A stretch of 64,000 bases of DNA from Cetorhinus maximus (lineage: Eukaryota): assembly GCF_964194155.1 (NCBI RefSeq), contig NC_135888.1:134106001-134170000 (forward strand), read 5' to 3'. The notes beneath the pieces were generated by a model. The model searched no databases, was not told the origin of the DNA, and worked only from the letters and a program-made list of their open reading frames with translations. Of this stretch, positions 1-45,239 are shown one piece after another. Both the position numbers and the translations under genes were made by a program. The number at the start of each line of letters is the position of its first letter. The first letter of the stretch is position 1.

Positions 1-1330
1 CACTCAGGTTCCCATCCCCCTGCCAATCTAGTTTAAACCCTCTAGTACTAGCGAATATCCCTGCTAGCATATTGGCCCCAGTCCTCCTGGGGTGCAATCC
101 GTCCAGCTTGTACAGGTCCCAAGTTCCCCAGAATCAGTCCTAATGCCTCAGGAATCTAAATCCCTCCCTCCTACACATCTCTCCAGCCACGCATTCATCT
201 GGTCTATTCTCCTATTCCTGATCTCGCTAGCACGTGGCACTGGGCGTAATCCTGAGATTACTACTTTTGAGGTCCTGCTTTTTAATTTATTTCCTAGCTC
301 CCTATATTCTGCTTTCCTCTTTTTACCTATGTCATTGTACCGATACGGAACACGACCTGTGGCTGTTCACACCCCCCCACCTTCAGAATGTCCTGCAGCC
401 GCTCAGTGACATCCTTGACCCTGGCACCAGGGAGGCAACATATCATCCTGCTGGTACATCTGCAGAAACGTCTATTCGTTCCCCTTATGATAGAATCCCC
501 GATCATTATTGCTCTCCCACTCTTTCTTCCCCCCACTGTGCAGTTGAGCCACTCGTGGTGCCACGGACTTGGCTTTGCTGCATTCCCCAGGGAGGTGGTG
601 GCGTAGTGGTATTGTCACTGGACTGGTAATCCAGAGACCCAGGGTAATGCTCTGGGGACCTGGGTTCGAATTCCACCACAGCAGATGGTGGAATTTGAAT
701 TCAATAAAAAAAAAATCTGGAATTAAAAAGTCTAATGATGACCATGAAACCATTGCTGATAGTTGGAAAAACCCATCAGGTTCACTCATGCCCTTTAGGG
801 AAGGAAATCTGGCGTCCTTACCTGGTCTGGCCTACATGTGACTCCGGACCCACGATAATGTGGTTTACTCTTAAATGCCCTCTGACCAAGGACAATTAGG
901 GATGGACAATAAATGCTGGCCTAGCCAGGGATGCCACATCCCATGAACGAATAAAAAAAAATTCCCCTGAGAAACCATCTCCCTCAGCAGTATCCAAAAT
1001 GGAAAATCTGTTGGAGAGGGAGATGGACCCAGGTAACCTCTGCACTACTTGCCTAGTGCTTTTACTCTGTCTGGCAGTTACACATTCCCTTTCTGCCTGT
1101 GCATTCTTTAGCTGTGGTGTAATCACCTCACTGTACTTGCTATCCACAAAGATCTCATCCTTGTGGACACTCCACAGTGACTTCAGGCAGAGCTCCATTT
1201 CAAGTACCTGCACACATGGTAATCCTGGACACTGGAAGAGCCCCTGACTTCCCACATTGCACAGGAGGAGCATTCTACTTGGCTGAGCTACCCTGCCATG
1301 ACATACCTTTAAATTACTCCCTTTACTTTT
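1..1330 (-). mobile_element. Decayed CR1 LINE ORF1 region, interrupted by a SINE
   Basis: Frameshifted peptides IGDSIIRGTNRRFC, CCLPGARVKDVTERL and ISLSNRFSIL, similar to the ORF1 at 9718-10152. Confidence 0.8.
592..961 (+). mobile_element. tRNA-derived SINE with a LINE-derived 3' tail
   Basis: A box TGGCGTAGTGG, B box GGTTCGAATTCC, tail AATAAATGCTGGCCTAGCC...A-run. Related copies near 6370-6560 (-), 33070-33380, 36980-37245 (-), 51370-51730 and 57360-57635. Confidence 0.85.
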
Positions 1331-1811
1331 ACTTCCTCTAGTTCAGAGAATATTAAGGATAGAAGAAATACTTACCAGGTCCTACTTACCAAGGCCGCTG
1401 CTCTTCTTACCGAAGAAAGGTAGAAAATGAAAGGATCACCTCCTGCCCTGTTCACCGAACTGCCTCTCTCACTAAACTCCAACTGAAGGACTCTAATGCA
1501 TTCCAAAACAGCGTTCCAGTGCAGACTGGAGCTTGCTGTGCGCAAAATTGGCTGCTACATTTCCTACATTACAACAGTCACTACACTTCAAAATTACTCC
1601 ATTCACTGTAAAGCATGTTGGGGCATCCCAAGGTCATGAGAAACTCTACATATAAATTATTGGGTCTTTCCTTCTTTGAATTAATTGGACTCTATGTGTA
1701 ACACACCTCCTCGTGCACAGTCTACCTCCATCCATAACACACAATACTTAGTCCGGAACCTAAACATTTCATTCGAGAATTCGATGTTATAATTTACGAA
1801 CCTAGTCCTAC

Positions 1812-1835
1812 CTTTGGAAATGCATTGCATATGCC
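1812..1835 (-). CDS. Putative 24-nt microexon (GICNAFPK) of the same divergent gene
   Basis: Strong acceptor tttattttcttttccag|, donor AAG|gtagga; phase 0, matching the 1923-2013 exon across an 87-nt intron. Confidence 0.45.
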
Positions 1836-1922
1836 CTGGAAAAGAAAATAAACAAAATATAAAAATTGAGACTATTTTTGTTAATTAATACCGCTACTCA
1901 AAGAGAGGTAAAACAATCATAC

Positions 1923-2013
1923 CTTTGCCTTCTGTTCTAACAGGGTTTTATTCTCCTCTGAGTCTGATACAGTTGGGCAAGGTCCCTCTGCAGTCGTGAG
2001 GCTTTCATTTTCC
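1923..2013 (-). CDS. Putative internal exon of an unidentified divergent gene (ENESLTTAEGPCPTVSDSEENKTLLEQKAK)
   Basis: On the minus strand: acceptor tcttataattag|, 91-nt open frame, donor AAG|gtatga; non-repetitive sequence. Confidence 0.5.
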
Positions 2014-2094
2014 CTAATTATAAGACATTTAAAAAATGTGATATATATAGGCAGTGGATATATAACATGGAACAAAGAGGTGCAAGTTTTATTA

Positions 2095-2515
2095 TGAGGA
2101 AAGGCTGGCCTCTATCCATTGGAATTTAGAAGAGTAAGAGGCAACTTCATTGAAACCATTAAGATCCTGAGGGGTCTTGACAGGGTGGATGTGGAGAGAT
2201 GGTTCATCTTGTTGGAGGATCTAGAACTAGGGGTCACTGTTTAAAAATTTTAAGACAGAGATGAGAAGAATTTTTATCTCTGAGGGTTGTGAGTCTTTGG
2301 AACTCTCCTCCTCAAAAGGCAGTGGAAGCAGAGTCTTTGAATAGTTTAAGGCAGAGCTAGATAGCTTCTTGATTAACAAGGGGATGAAAGGCTATTTGGG
2401 GTAGGCAGGAATGTGGGGTTGAGATTACAATCAGATCAGCTATGGTCTTATTGAATGGCAGAGCAGGCTTGAAGGGCTGAGTGGCCTATTCCTGCTCCTA
2501 ATTCGTATGTTCGTA
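2095..2515 (+). mobile_element. CR1 LINE 3' fragment
   Basis: Similar to the ORF2 C-terminus and 3' UTR of the 6576-10180 element. Confidence 0.75.
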
Positions 2516-3992
2516 GCTCTTGCATTTATTCCATCCACAACTCAATTCCAATGGGAAGTGTCTTCCAGGTCCCTTTGGGATACAAGTAATTGCACTTTGC
2601 ACTAAAGCAATAATCCATTCATGTCCAATTGTAAAACATCACTTCTCCAATTCTATCTGTTGCCCACTCTGCCGATTTTTGAATGTTGGATGATGGGGCC
2701 TGTATTTATTTGCATTTATATAGCAACTATAACATAGCAAATTGCCCCTAGATGCTTCACAGGAGAGCAATTAGACACAGTATTACACTGAGCCAAAGAA
2801 GGAGACATTAAGATAAATGACCAAAAGCTTGGTCAAAAAGGTAGGTTTTGAGAAGCATCTTAAAGGAGAGAGAGATGGAGAAGCAGAAATGTTTAGAGAG
2901 GGAATTCCAAACTCTAGGCCTGGACAGCTGCAGGCACACCTGCCAATGGTGGAGCGAAGGAAGGGGGCGATGAGACAAGAGGCCAGAACTGGAAGGATGC
3001 AGTGCTCACAAAGGGCTGCTGAAGGTTACAGAGAAAAGAAGGTTCGATACTATGGAGGGATCTGAACACAAAGATGAGAATTTTAAAATCAAGTTTTAAT
3101 GTAAAGAAACGTCTTAAGATTCTTCAAAAAGAGGCATGTGGGAGTCGCTATCGTGCCCTAGGAGTGAAGTTAATAAAAGTGACAAAAGGCTTGGTCGAAC
3201 ATATTGGTATAAGGTTTGTAAAGGCAAGCAGGGAAAATTGAGGAAAGCAGTTCCTACAAGGAGGATTAAATGACTGAAGACCTTGCAACCAATTATGAGA
3301 TAAAGGGTAGAAGGCCAGAGTTAGAAAAAAGGAGCATTTGGGAGGAGGGGTAATGGGCCAGGTGATCCTTATTGTCAAAAGATTAAATTATGAGGAAAGA
3401 CTGCAAAATAAAAGTAAACAGATAGGTAGAACTTGTATATTTCTGCAGCATCTTTTGCAACCTTAGGATCTCCCAAAGCACTTTCCAGCCAATGATGTAC
3501 TTTTGAAGCATAGTTACTGTTGTAATGTAGAAAATGCAGCTGCCAATTTGAGCACAGCAAGCTTACACAAACAACAAGGTGATAATGATCAGATTATCTG
3601 TTTTAATGATGGTTGAGGGATAAATCTTGGCCAGGACAATGAATGAATGCATTATTAAATTACATTTTACAATCCAATAAACATTGGGAGTGGAATACAT
3701 CCTACTGTAATTGTAAGTCAAATAATAGAGTTTATACAGCCTATTCTCGATAAAAATGTAATCATCCAAGACTATGATTTAAGAATTGGAGATAGCAAAG
3801 TAGTGTGTAGGCTTAGTACTTGGGAAAGCGGAATTAAGCAACTTTGAGTGAAAAGACTACATGTGTAGTAACACGCCTAAGGACTTATAAACATGCACCC
3901 ATAATTGTCACAGTAATGCTGTGACATACTGAGATTTCTGTGATTACAGCAGGATTTCCCCAGATGGGTTATGCTGCGACTACACACAATAC

Positions 3993-4055
3993 CCTTGTTG
4001 GCTACCTTGCCGAAGATGCCATTCCATTCTGACTCCGGTGGTTTCTTGAAGTCAT
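3993..4055 (-). CDS. Possible first coding exon of the divergent gene (MTSRNHRSQNGMASSAR, 4055-4006; or MEWHLRQGSQQG, 4027-3993)
   Basis: Both ATG-to-donor options end in phase 2, as the 1923-2013 exon requires, but both donors are weak. Confidence 0.25.
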
Positions 4056-4554
4056 TTTTATCCCTTCCTGTTCGCCTTGGTGGTAAGATGGACTTTTAGC
4101 AGAAACTTAGACAGAATCATTGCCATTGTGCCGTCACTCTCACTCACAATAGAACAATGCAATGGTAACATTCCCACAACAGCAGCAAGAAGGGGAATGA
4201 AGGTGAAACTGTAACTGGGCAGAGTTAACAGAGATTGTGAATGTCCGCAGCTGTTTAATAAAACCTCACCCTGCTTGTAGCTAACATTTTTCTTAGTATC
4301 ACAAATAACAAAAAGGAAGCCATTGCTGCAAAATAAATTGATCTAGGAAAGTTTCAACATAGAATAAATGCAGCAAAGCTAACCCTGCCATTGGTTACTT
4401 TGTTACTAAGAGGTTTCCAAGTTAAGTTGCAACGTCGAAGGCTCATCAATGACGCGCATGCGCGGGATTCCTGACACAATGGGTGGGACTTCTGGGAGAC
4501 ATGTGACAGAGTGGGGCGGGGCTAGTGGGCGGGGTTCCCCCTCTCCGCTGTCAG

Positions 4555-4755
4555 GATTGACAGCTGTGGGCGGGTTTGGGCTGTGGGGGCGGTTTGGGCT
4601 GTGGGCGGGGTTTGGGTGATTGGCTGTGGGCGGGGTTTGATCTGTGGGCGGGCTTTGGGCCTTGAGCATGATTTGGGCTGCGGACGGGGTTTGGGTGATC
4701 GACGGCTGTGGGCGTGGTTTTTTGCGGTGGGCGTGGTTTTGGGTGATTGACGGCT
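4555..4755. repeat. Degenerate GC-rich minisatellite in the HARS promoter/5' UTR (unit approx. GGCTGTGGGCGGGGTTTG(GGTGATT))
   Basis: About 8 imperfect tandem copies are visible by eye. Confidence 0.8.
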
Positions 4756-4807
4756 CCGGCGGGCGGCCTGGCGGGAGCCGCTGTCACTTTCCCTTTCACC
4801 GGTGGCC

Positions 4808-37878
<33,071 letters not shown>

Positions 37879-38184
37879 TGCCTTCAGGAAGATGTGTATA
37901 ACGTCTGCGTTTCTTTAAGGCATGTCTTAGAATCACTTCTACACATTGGACACTACTGCGGGATACCATGCTCCATCATTAACCTTGACTACTGCTTGTT
38001 AATGAGCACTGTGAACGAGAAACTCCCTGATCTGCTCACAGTATGCGGCTGAAAGGACACTTCATACCCTAATTGGACTTTAAAATTGGGATGAATGAAT
38101 GTATGTACCGTCTTGATTATGTTTGAGGAGAACACCTGTCTTTTACAAAGGCAGGGGGCTAGAATTTGCTGGCCCAGCCAAATC

Positions 38185-38358
38185 AATAAAAAGGCATACT
38201 GGCAAAATTGCTGTCTGTTTATTGACTCAAAGTTTTTGAGCACCCTCTTAACCAGTTAAGAACATGTAGAAACTCACACTGCAAATAAACCCTGGCTGTT
38301 CTGAAAGTCTTTCTAATCACTTTTTGATCACTGTTCCATCAGAACAAACGGGAATAAA
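38185..38358 (+). terminator. Candidate HARS polyadenylation signals
   Basis: AATAAA at 38185, 38284 and 38353, 300-480 nt after the stop codon. Confidence 0.55.
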
Positions 38359-38479
38359 ACGTGATTTCCTATTACCATTCCTACACTTGCTTATCTAGTT
38401 ATAACCATTTTGGTCCAACTGTACCTCGTTCCCCATATTAGTCATGTATACGCACACAATGTCTGCCAGTGGTATAAAG

Positions 38480-38971
38480 CCGTGATTTTCAAACATTTTT
38501 TGGGATCAGATCCTCTTTTCAAATGAATTGGAGGTCACAGCGGCAGCCAGTGGTGTGCTCCGTTCTCCTGTTTCTCTAGTCCTACTGCCCCAATCTACTT
38601 TATAATTCTTACTAAATTCTCATAATATGAAAGTGTTGCATCTAAAGAGTGCTTTAATGTTGCTTTTAAGAAGTATTTACTTCCAGATGTCAGTGAGATG
38701 GCTGTGTCTGCTTCTCATGGAGTCTGGCTATCCCGAGGAGAGCAGGAACACCGGGGAAGCACAGCAAGGCAAGTGCAGGAGAGATGGAGCTGGGGGGACG
38801 GGGGGAGGGCGCAGTAGGATTAGAGCAACAAGAACACAACATACCTCCGGCTGCCAATTACCCGCTTTTTACCACATCGCCCAGCTGTGTGGACTACCCT
38901 GCAATGCTGATCCCATAGAAAAGTCTCTGTGGATCTGCAGTGGTCCACGGACCTCAGTTTGAGAACCACAG
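38480..38971. mobile_element. hAT (Charlie-like) non-autonomous DNA transposon
   Basis: Imperfect TIRs CCGTGATTTTCAAAC / GTTTGAGAACCACAG; degenerate 8-bp TSD GTATAAAG / GCATAAGG. Confidence 0.55.
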
Positions 38972-40229
38972 GCATAAGGTTATTTTATGAATAGCAAATT
39001 TGTATATTCGGGTATTCCCCTGTGATGATTATATAACATGAATGAAAAATGAACATAGAATGCAAAGGATTGGAATCTTGTGAATAATTCCTAAAGAGCT
39101 GTGGCCTTACATACACAAAAGCAAAGCACTGCGGATGCTGGAAATCTGAAATGAAAACAAAATGCTGCAAACACTCAGCAAGTCTGACAGCATCTGTGGA
39201 GGGTGGAACCAGTTTCAGGTCTGTGACCTTCAGAACTGTGTAAAGTTAGAAATGTAACAGGTTTTTAGCAACTGAAAGGCAAGAGATTCAGAAGAAGAAC
39301 AAAAGGGAAGGTCTATGATGGGGTGGTGGGTATGAGAGTTTATGGGGCAAGTTTTGTGCTGCAAGGCCAGAAAAGACACTCATGGGACAAATAAAGAAAC
39401 CAAAACCCAGGGTCCCATTTGCATTATTAATGACTCCCGAACTCGAGAGGTACCAAAACCAACACTTAACTGATGAGCTGATTTGGCAAACTAGAGCATT
39501 AATCATCCTCTTGTCTCATACTATGTATCACAAAAGATGTCTCTGGAGATGAGAATAGCATGTTAGCTGCTTAACGAACACAAGGAAATAAGAGAAGCTA
39601 GGCAAAAAAAAGATATACCAAATGGAGGCGGAGGTTATGATCTAAAATTGTTGAACTCAATGTTGAGTCCAGAAGGCCACCGAGTGCCCAGTCAAAAGCA
39701 GTTCCCCAAGCTTCTATTGAGCTTCACCACCTTTGTAGTTTGGTATTGAAACATTTTGAAGATTTAAGGTTTATGGTGATGTTTGTCCTCAATTACCTTC
39801 AAAATGAACCAGACTTCACTAAAATCAGTTTGGAATTTCTCAGGTATGGAAAGGCTCTTCAGGCTGTCAATTTCATAGGAACTGAAGTTGTTATCATGTG
39901 GCAAGGTGGTGAATGTTGGAAGATGGAGGATACCCAAAACGCCAGTTCAAAGATGTTTACAGCATGGCATGAAGGCTCTAAACATCGATTCTTGCACCTG
40001 GGAGACCTGGCTGATGATAGAGGAAACTGACATCACCTGTGGGCCACCATGATGATCAGTAACTTCTGCTTCTGCTTTGTTGTGTTGGCATCACAGACTA
40101 ATATCCGTATTCTGCCAACATTTATATGGGTAGTACTAGCTAAACCAGGCAGGACCTGCTGAAATGGTAGACCTGATAATGAAAACTTTTAAATAGAAAT
40201 AATCTCTAACAATGGGTCTTGAAGATTTC

Positions 40230-41960
40230 AAGTGATGGAGTTGTGATTATTTCCTTTGACACCTTGTTCCATTATGGGTTTGTCCTTGGGAAGAAAGATT
40301 GTTGATACACTTCTTGGAAACAAATTATCTTTGGTAGTTCGTGTGGTTGGCTACCTCACGTTTTTTCCTTGCCAGAGATCACCAGGAACTTGTTTCTGTC
40401 AATCCCTACCAGTCCATTCGATATTTTATAGAGCACGGGCAGCCTTTTATTTTACCTCCTTTGCTGTAGTGATTCCCATTCCAAATCTCTGATGTGACAC
40501 TAGTGTATTTCCCATACTGACTCGTGCAGAATTGTGCAGCATGCCTTTGGATCACTTCGATCTTATTTATATCTCTTGCCATATTAGGATCCCACATACA
40601 ACTTGCACACTCCAGAATTGGGTGAACACATATTGGTAAGCTATAACTCTGATATTTTTGTTGCAATACCAAAGATTCCTCTCAAATCCAAGAACTCTAT
40701 TTGCTTTGGAGGTTATCTGTTGAATGTAGAATTCCCGTTGAAGATTGTTTTTAAGATGAACCCCCAGGTATGGTTGTGTGCCTACCTGTTGGAGAATTTG
40801 TTCCCAGAACTTAAAGCTATTTGTTGATGGATCGTTTTTGTTGGTAATGAACATGACATAGTATTTTTTGGAATTGATCGCCATCTCCCATTGGTCCTGC
40901 TTTTCCCTGCTGCGTGAACCACACAGTCATCTACAAATTGTCGCTCCATGGTTTTTAACCTGTTGGGAAGATCGTCTATGTCTGTCAAGAAGAGTAAAGG
41001 TCCCAACACGGTTCCCTGAGGCACTCTGGAGAGGACACCTCTAGGAGAGGCTGATTCCCTATCACACAACACTCTTTGTCTTCTGTTGATTAGGAAGTTG
41101 ATTAGCCAGATTCAATTTGATAGTGTCCTTCTGATTCCATAGGAGTGAAGTCTGGACAAGAGCTTTTCATGAGGAACTGTGTCAAAGGTTTTTGAGAAAT
41201 CTAGTATTGCCTTGTGAGTAGTTTCATCTCTTTCGAGACTTGAAATTAGGTCATCGACAGTCTGGATAAGTTGTGTTTTGGTAGATCTTTCTGACTGAAA
41301 ACCGTGCTGACTATCTACCAGGATATAGCAAACTTCAACGTGCTTTATGACATGAGAATTAACAAAATGTTCAAGCAATTTGCAAATGATGCTGGTGAGA
41401 GATGCTGGTCTGTTGTCTTCTGGCTGACTTTTATCCCTTTTTTTGAATATGCCACAGATGTTAGCATGTCTCCACTAGTCTGGTAAGTAGTCAGTGTTGA
41501 TTGATTCTTGAAAGAGATTGGTCAATATTGGAGCCAGTTCGTTAGCTGCTCCCATCAAAATCCAGGGAGGGATTTCATCTGGACCCAGAGCTTCATTTAG
41601 ATTATTTCTTGCAATAATTTCAAAACCCCCTCTTGTAATGCAGTTTAGTGTGTCTGGTAAGTGGTCACTGTCTAAACTGGGGATGTGCGTTAAAACTTCT
41701 CTGGTAAATTAGACAATAGATTTATATGTGATCCTATTTTGACATCTGAAATTCCCACTTTTTTGATTTTCTTGGATGACCAGAAGCTCTTAGGACTCTC
41801 CTTGATAAAAGTTGTAAGATACTCAAACATAATCTTTCCTTACTTTATTGAGAGCTTTCTTTGCTTTCCTCTAGAAGGTTTTGAATTCCTTCCAGTCGTC
41901 CTCAGCCCTGGACTTCTTAGCCTTGTTGTATAGATGCTGTTTCTGTCTGCACGGCCTATG
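40230..41960 (-). mobile_element. Decayed LINE reverse transcriptase of a third, distinct family
   Basis: Frameshifted peptides QHGFQSERST.TQLI, ILDFSKTFDTVPH, VPQGTVLGPLLFL, FVDDC, PYLGV, PILECASCMWDP. Confidence 0.8.
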
Positions 41961-43944
41961 GTGCTCTATATGGAACTATTGGAAATTCCTCCTGCTGGAT
42001 GAAAACTGTGGCTACAGCAGCTTGGCAACAGGCAACACACATCAATACCTGGAAACCACTTGTGGCAGAACCTGCCTCTCTTGGATTGGGCTCTTCAGCC
42101 AACATGCACGATATGAAGCTACCCCATCCCCAATGAACTGATGGCTTCATGTCCATGATCTTATATAAATGTAAGGATGCTAAACCTAGATACTGTGCAG
42201 CGTTGTGGGGCTGGAGGAGGTTACAGAGTTAGCAAGGGGCCAGTCCATCAGGAGATTTGAAAATAGAACGTGAGTTTTAAAATCAAGGTGTTGCTCATCC
42301 TGGCTGCAAAAGCCAAGAAGTTATGCTAAACTTACATAAAACACTAGCTTGGCTCCATCTGGTTGTCTAATTGAGAGCACCACACTTTAGGAAAGATGTG
42401 AAGGCTTTGGATAGGGTACAGAAGAGATTTACTAGAAAGGTTCCAGAGAATACTGTTACGAGGATATATTGGAGAAGCTGGAGTTGTTTTCCATAGACCA
42501 GAGAATGCTAAGAGATTTGACCAGTGTCTAAAATCATGAAGGATTTAGATCGAGTCTATAAAGAGAAACTTTCTAATGGCTTAAGATTCATATTTAATGT
42601 GTTTGGCAAAAAAGACCAAAGGTGTTTCGAGGATAAACTTATTTAATGCATCGAGTGGTTAGGATTTGGAATGCACTTCATGGTAGGATGGCAAATACAG
42701 ATTCAATAGGAATCTTCAAATGCAAATTGGATAAATATTTGGAAAGAGAAAAAAATTGCAGTGTGCAAATTGACTGCTATGTTTCCTACATCACAACAGT
42801 GGCTACACTTCAAAAAATACTTCATTGGCTGTAAAGCACTTTGCACCTCCTGTTGTGAAAGTCCTTTTGCTGGATGAACAAATCCTCTGGCGCTATTTAA
42901 TAAGGAGCAATGTTCTTTGTCATACTCAATGTCCAATCAGCTACGAGAAAATCAAGTTTACTTACCACTCATCTCATTCCTGTTTTATTAAATTTTTAGA
43001 TTTGTTCTTGAGATGTGACCGTTGTTGGAGGGCCAGCATTTATTGCCCATCACTAATTGCCCCTGAGAAGGTGGTGGTGAACTGCATCCTTGAACTGCTG
43101 CTGTCCATGTGATGTAGGTATACACACAGTGCTGCTAGGGAGCGAGTTCCAGGATTTTGACCCAGCGACAGTGAAGGAACAGTGTATGACTTGGAGGGGA
43201 ACTTGCATATGGTGGCGTTCCCCTGCGCCTTCTACTCTTGTCCTTCTAGGTCAGGAGTCTGCAACCTGTGACTCTGGAGCTGCAGGTGGCTCTTTAACAT
43301 CTCCTTTGTGGTGCCTTACTTTTTCCAGTTGAATCACTTTAACATGAAAAAAGCCTAAGAAAAGAAGTCAAGAAAAGCAAGAGCTGTGTTTTTATTGTGG
43401 AGATAAAAAGTTAATCGTTATGCTGCATTTTATGGTTTCAAATGATTATTTTAACGAAAAACATCATCATGCTGAAATAAAAGGTGCCTGAGTAGTATAG
43501 CTACACCTTTGTTATAGATAATGCTTTGATTCGAGGGACAGGTTTCATGGTTGTAATCATTGTTGTTTATAATTAAGCTGAAACAAATTATTGTGAATGT
43601 GCTATTTTTTTGATCATAGGAATTAATAGCTGAAAAGAGTATCTTAATTCAAAGCATCTAAGGTTAAAGTTTGTTTTAAAGATAGCTTTACTGACAAAAT
43701 TCTAGCTAAAAAATTAAGTGACACCTGATAATTCAGAGTTAGGTTTATTTTAATTTTGATTGTTTTGTATTGAAGCATAAATTCAATACATGTATTTTAT
43801 TAATTATATATGTAAATTCTGCATTAGCCAGTTCACAATTTGCAATGCATTTGGTTTAGAAATGCTGAATTTTCATCTTCCAGTTCCCAATTATTTTTCT
43901 TTCATGCAGATCTTTATAAAAAGGATCTTCAGGTAAAAAGACTT

Positions 43945-44370
43945 TAGGGAGTCAAGAGGTGAGTTACTCACAGCAGAATACCCAGCCTCTGACCTGCTCT
44001 TGTAGCCTCAGCGCCTATATGGCTGGTTTAGATTGGTTTCTGGTCAATGGTAACCCCCTAGGATGTTGGTGGTGGGGATTCAGTGATGATAACGCCACTG
44101 AACGTCAAGGGGAGATGGTTATATTCACTCTTGTTGAAGATGGTCATTGTCTGACACTGCGTTAATTGCCACTCATCAGCCCAAGTCTGAACGTTGTCCA
44201 AGTCTTGCTGAATATGGACATGGACTGCTTCGGTATCTGAGGAGTCATAAATGATGCTAAGCACTGCAATAATCAGTGAACATCCCCACTACTGACTTTA
44301 AGATGCGGGTGGAGGTAATTGATGAAGCAACTGAAGATGGCTGGGCCTACCACACTTCCCTGAGGAATCC
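43945..44370 (-). mobile_element. Second-family LINE fragment
   Basis: QQDLDNVQTWADEWQ; similar to 24088-25350. Confidence 0.75.
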
Positions 44371-45239
44371 ATGCAGTGGTGGTCTTAAATGTTTCTGACT
44401 TTCCAGAAGTAATGAATTGCATGAAACACTAGATTGTTTAGATGTGTTAAGATGTTATATAAATTTTAATTCTGATTTTGATATCGGCATATTGCCAGGT
44501 GTGAAGGGCTCAACATGACGGCCACATGGTAGGTGCCTGGTCTGTTACAAGTGAATGCTAATTATGTAAGTTAACTGGCTGGCTCCGGGAATCTTTAATT
44601 GATTCTACCAACCCCTTCACCTGATGTCAAGGGTGGAAGATAAGAGATAAAGCAGCAGGTGGAAACAATAAACCTGTTTACACTGCAGCAGTTGAAGCTT
44701 TTAAAATAATATAACAAGCACATTTTAAATTGAACCAAAAAAGATTAGATAGCATCAGCTAATAGCTTATTCCTCTCAGGAATACAGCTGTTTTCTTTCC
44801 CTCTCACTAGCATTGTTACATTTGTTTCTTGGGGTAGGTTTTGTGGGAACAAGTGATTGTGTGTGGATTTGATTTTAAAGTGTATTATTGGCAAGGTGTC
44901 CTTGTGTCATCTGGAGCTCAGTTGGTAGCACTGTTATCTCTGAGTCAGAAGGTTTCAGGTTTAAGTCCCAATCCCAGCAGTTGAGCTCAAAAATCTAGGC
45001 TAGCACTCCAGACAGAGGTGCTGACTTTTGGATGAGATGTTAAACTGAGGCTCCTTCTGCTTTTTCAGGTGGATGTACTCCTTCAAAGAAGAGCAGGGGA
45101 GATATACTTGCTGTCCTAGCCAATATTTATCCCACAATCAACATCACAAAAACAGATCAACAGGCAATTATCAAAGTGCTGTTTGTGGGTGCTTGCTGTG
45201 CACAAATTGTTGGAGGTCATTAATCTCAGTTGCAGGACA

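Noticed and set aside
595-680. tRNA-like sequence with A and B boxes (also near 19160-19225, 44915-44975 and 51370-51450)
   Set aside because: No clean cloverleaf, and each continues into SINE body and tail, so these are SINE heads rather than tRNA genes.
1368-1412. Three CTTACC motifs (GGTAAG donors on the minus strand)
   Set aside because: They adjoin the 5' region of the decayed CR1, and no matching acceptor or open frame could be assigned.
4555-4755. Regularly spaced repeats that could suggest a CRISPR-like array
   Set aside because: Degenerate tandem units without unique spacers, in a vertebrate promoter, with no cas genes.
1-4800. Expected head-to-head HARS2 or ZMAT2
   Set aside because: No HisRS-like or ZMAT2-like peptide was found on the minus strand in this interval; sequence outside the window cannot be assessed.
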